From Pseudomonadales bacterium (lineage in GTDB: Bacteria; Pseudomonadota; Gammaproteobacteria; Pseudomonadales; JAHRWD01): DNA of 64,000 bases. The translations under genes were made by a program, and so were the position numbers. Positions 58,911-64,000 of this stretch are shown in pieces (position 1 is the first letter of the stretch; the number at the start of each line of letters is the position of its first letter). The notes beneath the pieces were generated by a model that did no database searches, was not told the origin of the DNA, and saw nothing but the letters and a program-made list of their open reading frames with translations. The stretch lies in NCBI GenBank assembly GCA_029210125.1, contig JARGPR010000001.1, positions 390,812 to 454,811 on the forward strand. The letters run 5' to 3'.

Positions 58911-59714
58911 TTAATGTTGGTGATAATCCAGTTTAAAAAAAGAGTTAGCTGTTGCTGTGGTTTGATTTGCAATTTGTTCGCATGACAGCCCCGTGCACTG
59001 GGCAATTTTCTCTACTATCCATGGCAAAAAGGCTGGTTCATTGGTTCTTGATTTTGGTTTAGGTCGAATATTGCGCGGTAGAAGGTAGGGAGCGTCGGTT
59101 TCGATCATCAATCGATTATTAGGGATTTCAGAAATCAGCGGTAAAAGGCGTTGTCCTCGGCGCTCATCACAGAGCCAGCCAGTGATGCCAATGTGTAAAT
59201 CAAGATCCAGATAAGCATACAGCGCCTCTTTTTCGCCAGTAAAACAGTGTACTACCGCGTTACTTAAATCATCGCGATATTGTTTGATGATTGGGTAAAA
59301 ACGTGAAAAAGCATCCCGCTCATGCAAGAACAGCGGCTTTCCTGTTGCGATTGCAAGCTCGATATGCCGTTCAAATATGCTTTCCTGATCAGGTCGGGGT
59401 GAGAAATCACGGTTGAAGTCCAGACCCGTTTCGCCAACAGCGCTAACCTCTGTTCGATAGGCAAGCTCCGAAATCACACTGAGATCATCTTCAGTCGCCG
59501 TGCCCGCGTGGTGAGGGTGGATACCAGCTGTGCAAAACAATATACCCTTATATTGTCGCGTAAGAGCAAGAGCCTGTTCACTGCTTGAGACATCGCTTCC
59601 GGTAACAATCATGCGGGTAACGTTTTGTTGTTGCGCACGTTCGAGGATCTGCTCCAGGCGTTTAAATAGGGATTCGTGGCAAAGGTTAGCGCCGATATCG
59701 ATTAGTGGATTCAT
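58911..59714 (-). CDS. tatD: TatD family metal-dependent nuclease/hydrolase
   Basis: 267 aa. IDIGANL ... CTAGIHPHHAG ... VGETGLDFNR ... LFLHERDA parallels E. coli TatD. Confidence 0.88.
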   Translation of the reverse strand: MNPLIDIGANLCHESLFKRLEQILERAQQQNVTRMIVTGSDVSSSEQALALTRQYKGILFCTAGIHPHHAGTATEDDLSVISELAYRTEVSAVGETGLDFNRDFSPRPDQESIFERHIELAIATGKPLFLHERDAFSRFYPIIKQYRDDLSNAVVHCFTGEKEALYAYLDLDLHIGITGWLCDERRGQRLLPLISEIPNNRLMIETDAPYLLPRNIRPKPKSRTNEPAFLPWIVEKIAQCTGLSCEQIANQTTATANSFFKLDYHQH

Positions 59715-59918
59715 ATTACAGCCTTAGCGGGATGATTTGGGTTCTCAAGGTGAGGGGTTGAGTAGATATCGATGGGTACCGTACGTAAAACAAACTAGCT
59801 GTCGCATAATCAATGGGTTGGGCTGGCTAATGCTAACAGTGAGAGCGTTCCAGCATGGTTCATAAATTGAGGATAGACCGGTGGAAATTTAGATTTGATC
59901 TATACTGAACGCATGAAT

Positions 59919-59940
59919 CTCTTCGAGTGCACTCGAAGAG
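59919..59940. repeat. Perfect 22-bp palindrome CTCTTCGAGTGCACTCGAAGAG, 40 nt upstream of cheV
   Basis: Read directly from the sequence. The two 11-nt halves are exact reverse complements. Its function (operator or 5'-UTR hairpin) is unknown. Confidence 0.85.
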
Positions 59941-59979
59941 CGGGTAGAATATTACGTAAGAACTGAAACGGAGTAAACA

Positions 59980-60918
59980 ATGGCAGGTGTACTTGATACG
60001 GTAAACCAGCGAACTCAGCTGGTGGGACAAAACCGTCTAGAGTTATTGATGTTCCATCTAACGGGTGATCAAGTTTTTGCCATCAACGTATTTAAAGTTC
60101 AGGAGGTTGTGGCAGTTCCGGAACTGAATGAAATGCCTAAAAGCCATCCTTTTATAGCTGGTGTTACCAACGTCAGGGGTCAGACAGTACCTGTGATTGA
60201 CCTGCGACATGCAATTGGTATGGGGCCTATTGATAGAGGCAAAGCTGAAAACCTGATTGTTACTGAATATAACCAGAGTATTCAGGCCTTCTTGGTGGGT
60301 GGAGTTCACCGAATTGTAAACTTGAACTGGGAAGAAATTCTCCCTCCTCCAGCTACTGCTGGAAAGACTCACTTTCTTACCGCAATTACCAAGCTTGATG
60401 ACAAGATCGTTGAAGTAGTGGATGTTGAAAAAGTATTGGCATTGATTGTACCGCCGGACACCCTCGTCGCAGGCGAGTTGCTTGATTCTGAGGTGTTGGA
60501 AGCGGCAAAAAATATGGAAGTATTGGTGGTGGATGATTCCAGTACCGCCCTGAACCAGGTTATAGGGACTATGGAGCAGTTGAAGCTAAATGTTCATAGC
60601 GCTCGCGATGGTATGCAGGCGTTGACGATGCTACAGCAATGGGCTGATGAAGATATTGATTTAAATAAAAAATTGGCGATGGTGATAACCGATGCGGAAA
60701 TGCCTGAAATGGATGGTTATCGTTTAACAGCTGAAATCCGAAAGGATCCGCGATTAGCGGGTTTGTATGTGGTTTTGCATACTTCTTTAAGTGGCCGATT
60801 TAATGAATCAATGGTAAAAAAAGTAGGCTGCGACGGATTTTTATCTAAATTTGACCAAAATGCGTTAGCTGAAATGGCTCAAGATCGTGTTCGATCCCTA
60901 ATGGATAACGGATCGTAG
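59980..60918 (+). CDS. cheV: Chemotaxis protein CheV (CheW-like domain + receiver)
   Basis: N-terminal CheW-like domain (LELLMFHLTGDQVFAINVFKVQEV) and a C-terminal receiver (VLVVDDS, VITDAEMPEMDG, LSK). Confidence 0.9.
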   Translation: MAGVLDTVNQRTQLVGQNRLELLMFHLTGDQVFAINVFKVQEVVAVPELNEMPKSHPFIAGVTNVRGQTVPVIDLRHAIGMGPIDRGKAENLIVTEYNQSIQAFLVGGVHRIVNLNWEEILPPPATAGKTHFLTAITKLDDKIVEVVDVEKVLALIVPPDTLVAGELLDSEVLEAAKNMEVLVVDDSSTALNQVIGTMEQLKLNVHSARDGMQALTMLQQWADEDIDLNKKLAMVITDAEMPEMDGYRLTAEIRKDPRLAGLYVVLHTSLSGRFNESMVKKVGCDGFLSKFDQNALAEMAQDRVRSLMDNGS

Positions 60919-60940
60919 CTATTCCGTAATATTTCATCCA

Positions 60941-60964
60941 CTGCATGGGTTCTATATCATGCAG
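60941..60964. terminator. Candidate shared hairpin between the convergent cheV and uup genes
   Basis: CTGCATG (60941-60947) / CATGCAG (60958-60964) forms a 7-bp stem with a 10-nt loop. The flanking U-runs are weak. Confidence 0.3.
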
Positions 60965-60988
60965 CGGGTGCCAATTGGTTTTGGTAGG

Positions 60989-62884
60989 CTACACACCCTC
61001 CAACAATGTTTCTAACTGTTCCCAACGTTCGTAGCAGGTTGCGATTTGCTGCTCGAGGGCTTCAAATTCCTTTTGAGTTGTCTGAATTTCATCCTCGCTT
61101 TGCTTATAAAAGTCAGCTTGGCTCATTTTCTGTTGGCATAGTTCAAGTCGGTTCTCCAGCTCCTCCAGCTGTTTGGGGAGTTCATCTAGCTCGCGTTGAT
61201 CTTTATAGCTAAGTCGAGGGGTTTTCTTTACAGGCTGTTTTTTCCCTGAGGCTACAGGGTCGAGCAGTTTTTTCTTATTTTTATTCTCTGAACTATCACT
61301 GTTTGTAGTGCTGGGCCGCTGTAATACCCAGTCGCTGTATCCGCCCACATAGCTGCTGATTTTACCATTTCCCTCAAAAACAAGGGTGCTGGTGGCGATG
61401 TTATCGATAAAGGCCCGATCGTGGCTGACGATAATCAGTGTACCTGGGTAATCGCTTAACAGCTCCTCTAGTTTTTCCAGGGTCTCGATATCAAGGTCGT
61501 TGGTAGGCTCATCCATTATCAGCAGGTTGCTGGGGTTTCTGAACAACCTGGCCAGCAATAGCCGGTTGCGTTCCCCGCCGGATAGCGCTTTAACCGGGGT
61601 ATTGGCTCGGCTTGAATCGAACAAAAAATCCTGCAGATAGCTGATAATGTGGCGTTCACGGCCATTGATCATCAGTTTGTCAGATCCGTCGGCAACGCTG
61701 TCCCGAACTGTTTTTTCTTCGTCTAACTCGGTGCGCAGTTGATCGTAGTAGGCAACGGAAAGCTGAGTCCCCATTTTTACGGTGCCGCTATCGGGTTCAA
61801 GCTGGCCTGTAAGTAGGCGGATTAAGGTGGTCTTGCCAACCCCGTTTGGCCCCAATATGCCAATTTTATCGCCACGCATCAGTACGGTGCTGAAGTCTTT
61901 TGCGATAGTTTTTCCGCCAATCCTGTAATTGATGCTTTCAGCTTCGATTACGATCTTACCGGAGGCGCTGTCCGCGTGGCTTTCCATTCGGGTTTGGCCG
62001 GTTTGATTACGACGCTGGCTGCGCTCCTTGCGTAGCGCTTCGAGGTTTCGTACCCGTCCTTCGTTACGGGTGCGTCGGGCTTTAATACCCTGGCGGATCC
62101 AAACCTCTTCCTGTGCTAACTTCTTGTCAAAAAGTGCATTTTGACGATCCTCTTCCTCCAGTGCTTTTTCACGGTTTTCCAGAAATTTGGCATAATCGCC
62201 TGGCCAGCTTCTTAATTGGCCCCGATCGATATCAACAATCCGGGTAGCCACATTTTGTAAAAATGCCCGGTCATGGGTGATAAACAACACAGTGCCCTGG
62301 TAGCCTAGTAAAAACTGCTCGAGCCACTCAATGGCATCTACTTCGAGATGGTTTGTAGGTTCATCTAATAGCAGTAGGTCAGGTTCTGAAACCAGTGAAC
62401 GGGCCAGAAGTACACGACGTTTTAGTCCGCCGGAAAGCGTTTCGAAGCGAATGTCGGGGTCAAGGGATAATCGAGAAAGGGTGCTATTGATCTGAGCCTC
62501 TAGTGTCCATCCATCGCAATCCTCAATGGCCTGCTGGAGTGCGCCAAGCTTATCCATGTCACCGCTGGCCAGGGCTTCTCGATATGCGTTAACGTGCCCG
62601 CCCGGTGCACCAAGGCCCTCCGCAACGATTGAAAATATATCACCGTTGGTGTGTCTGGGAACCTCTTGTTCAAGTCGAGCGATCTTCAAGGTTTGGGGGA
62701 TGATGAGCTCGCCTGAATCCGGCTTGATATCGCCGTGGATCATCTTCATCAAGGTGGACTTGCCGGTGCCATTACGACCGACCAAACAAACCCGCTCGCC
62801 GGGGTCGATATTGAAGTCGATGTTATCGAATAGGGCGGGGCCGCCGTAGCTCAGAGTTACGCCGCGTACAGTTAAAAGTGCCAT
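60989..62884 (-). CDS. uup: ABC-F family ATPase Uup
   Basis: 631 aa. Two ABC cassettes (GRNGTGKST / LSGGLKRR / LLLDEPTNHL and GPNGVGKTT / LSGGERNR / LIMDEPTNDL) and a C-terminal coiled coil. The N-terminus parallels E. coli Uup. Confidence 0.9.
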   Translation of the reverse strand: MALLTVRGVTLSYGGPALFDNIDFNIDPGERVCLVGRNGTGKSTLMKMIHGDIKPDSGELIIPQTLKIARLEQEVPRHTNGDIFSIVAEGLGAPGGHVNAYREALASGDMDKLGALQQAIEDCDGWTLEAQINSTLSRLSLDPDIRFETLSGGLKRRVLLARSLVSEPDLLLLDEPTNHLEVDAIEWLEQFLLGYQGTVLFITHDRAFLQNVATRIVDIDRGQLRSWPGDYAKFLENREKALEEEDRQNALFDKKLAQEEVWIRQGIKARRTRNEGRVRNLEALRKERSQRRNQTGQTRMESHADSASGKIVIEAESINYRIGGKTIAKDFSTVLMRGDKIGILGPNGVGKTTLIRLLTGQLEPDSGTVKMGTQLSVAYYDQLRTELDEEKTVRDSVADGSDKLMINGRERHIISYLQDFLFDSSRANTPVKALSGGERNRLLLARLFRNPSNLLIMDEPTNDLDIETLEKLEELLSDYPGTLIIVSHDRAFIDNIATSTLVFEGNGKISSYVGGYSDWVLQRPSTTNSDSSENKNKKKLLDPVASGKKQPVKKTPRLSYKDQRELDELPKQLEELENRLELCQQKMSQADFYKQSEDEIQTTQKEFEALEQQIATCYERWEQLETLLEGV

Positions 62885-63217
62885 GTTATTGCGGGTTCCA
62901 TGCGGAGAGTTTAATAAAAAATAGGGTAGAAATGCCGCAGGGTTGAGGGTACAGCAAATTTCCCAGTAGCGTTGCTAGTTGGCCTTACGAAAGAGTGCGT
63001 AGTACTTGTACTCCAAATCATCTATCTTCGGTCACGTAGAGAAGAGTGTTCAGGAGAAACAGCAGATCAAAAACTTGCGCGGTATTGAAGTCCCGAAGCG
63101 GCTAGCGTCGAGAAATTTCGGAAAAATGCTGTGGGCCGCGACCGGATGGGGAAAGGGTTGTTTACGCTCATATGGTTTTAGCACTTGTTAATTTGTCCGG
63201 TGCATTCTACTTGAATG

Positions 63218-64000
63218 TTATGGCATGCCATCCACTTCCAGACCTTCTTTAACAGGAAGAGCCAAATCTTCGGGGTTAATCCTCAGAGCCACTAAAATGT
63301 TGGACGCGACGTAAATCGAAGAATAAGTTCCCACCAGTACACCAATAATTAGCGCGATGGAAAACCCGCGAATTAACTCACCACCCAAAATAAATAGCGT
63401 CACTAAGACCAGGAGAGTCGTTAGCGATGTGATAATGGTTCGGCTCAGGGTTTCGTTTAGCGAGATATTGATAATGTTAAGGGGTGTTTCTTTACGGATC
63501 TTGCGGAAGTTTTCCCGAATACGGTCCGATACTACAATGGTATCGTTTAGGGAGTAACCAATCACCGCCAGCAGTGCGGCCAGCACAGTTAAATCAAAAT
63601 TAAGTCCGAGAAGCGAAAATACGCCCAGGGTGATAAGCACGTCGTGGGCTAATGCCAGTACTGCACCAACTGAAAATTTGACCTGAAAACGAAACGCCAC
63701 ATACACCATAACGATTAACAGCGCGAATAACATGCCAAGGCCACCCTGTTCACGCAGCTCGTCACCGACCTGAGCACCCACAAACTCCGAACGTCGTAGC
63801 GTAATGGTTGCAGTGCTGTCCTTTTGAAGTGTAGCCAGGATTTGATCGCCAAGTTCAGGTTTATACTCTTGTTGTAGTCTCACCAGAATTTCGGTTTCAC
63901 TGCCAAAGTTCTGTACAACTGCATTGCTGTAGCCATTGTTTTCGAGCTGCTGGCGAATGGGCTCGAGTTCGACTGGGGCGCTGTAGCCTACCTCAACCAG
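63218..64000 (-). CDS. secF: Protein translocase subunit SecF, 5' end outside the window
   Basis: The frame is open to nt 64000. FVGAQVGDELREQGGLGMLFALLIVMVYVAFRF, YSLNDTIVVSDRIRENF and the C-terminal TMs are typical SecF. Confidence 0.92.
   Translation of the reverse strand: MVEVGYSAPVELEPIRQQLENNGYSNAVVQNFGSETEILVRLQQEYKPELGDQILATLQKDSTATITLRRSEFVGAQVGDELREQGGLGMLFALLIVMVYVAFRFQVKFSVGAVLALAHDVLITLGVFSLLGLNFDLTVLAALLAVIGYSLNDTIVVSDRIRENFRKIRKETPLNIINISLNETLSRTIITSLTTLLVLVTLFILGGELIRGFSIALIIGVLVGTYSSIYVASNILVALRINPEDLALPVKEGLEVDGMP

Noticed and set aside
58763-59005. An 80-aa minus-strand ORF overlapping the 3' end of tatD.
   Set aside because: It overlaps tatD in another frame and has no motif or SD. 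It is probably spurious.
62885-63217. A 333-bp secF/uup intergenic region that includes a 61-aa ORF (63006-63191).
   Set aside because: I found no tRNA-like T-arm, no long dyad and no repeats. The ORF lacks an SD and any motif. The region most likely holds just the uup promoter and the secF 3' region.
1-64000. A window-wide scan for CRISPR arrays, rRNA or tRNA genes, transposase or integrase genes, phage genes and toxin-antitoxin or defence cassettes.
   Set aside because: None was recognised by eye. All long ORFs are accounted for by housekeeping, signalling or envelope genes. A computational scan (tRNAscan-SE, Infernal/Rfam, ISfinder, DefenseFinder/PADLOC) would be needed to exclude small or divergent elements.

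Overview
This is a chromosomal window from a gammaproteobacterium. The gene order resembles Pseudomonas- and Oceanospirillales-type genomes. I support about 52 protein-coding genes. Reading both strands by eye, I found no rRNA, tRNA, CRISPR array, IS element or prophage signature.

The left 20 kb is core housekeeping:
- dgkA-nth-suhB on the minus strand.
- The divergent trmJ-cysE-iscRSUA-hscBA-fdx-iscX Fe-S cluster operon.
- ndk-rlmN-pilW-ispG-hisS-yfgM-bamB-der.

Two departures from the usual order stand out here. A REC-PAS-GGDEF gene sits between iscX and ndk, and no rodZ lies between pilW and ispG.

The rest is a mix of accessory and signalling genes:
- An alpha/beta hydrolase, a stand-alone globin and a transmembrane MCP.
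- A 740-bp AT-rich intergenic region, followed by the prkA(yeaG)-yeaH-spoVR(ycgB) module.
- ald and dbpA.
- A four-gene minus-strand operon: TonB-dependent receptor, YfiR-like DUF4154 protein, hybrid histidine kinase, REC-PAS-GGDEF-EAL protein.
- A six-gene MoxR/DUF58/DUF4381/BatA/BatB/BatD operon.
- The giant NAD-glutamate dehydrogenase gene gdhB, a DUF2835 gene, pyrD and a glutaredoxin-like gene.
- An envelope lipoprotein cluster: LPP20, then COG3014-like, LpoB-like and LPP20-domain proteins.
- tatD, cheV, uup and the 3' part of secF.

The two loci I consider most likely to be uncharacterised systems are:
- The TBDR/YfiR-like/hybrid-HK/GGDEF-EAL operon. I read it as a YfiBNR-like envelope sensing module rewired through a phosphorelay.
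- The COG3014/LpoB-like/LPP20 lipoprotein operon. I read it as a possible outer-membrane-anchored periplasmic assembly, analogous in parts list to FlgO/FlgP.

All functional calls come from reading the translated ORFs and recognising motifs. No database search was run.
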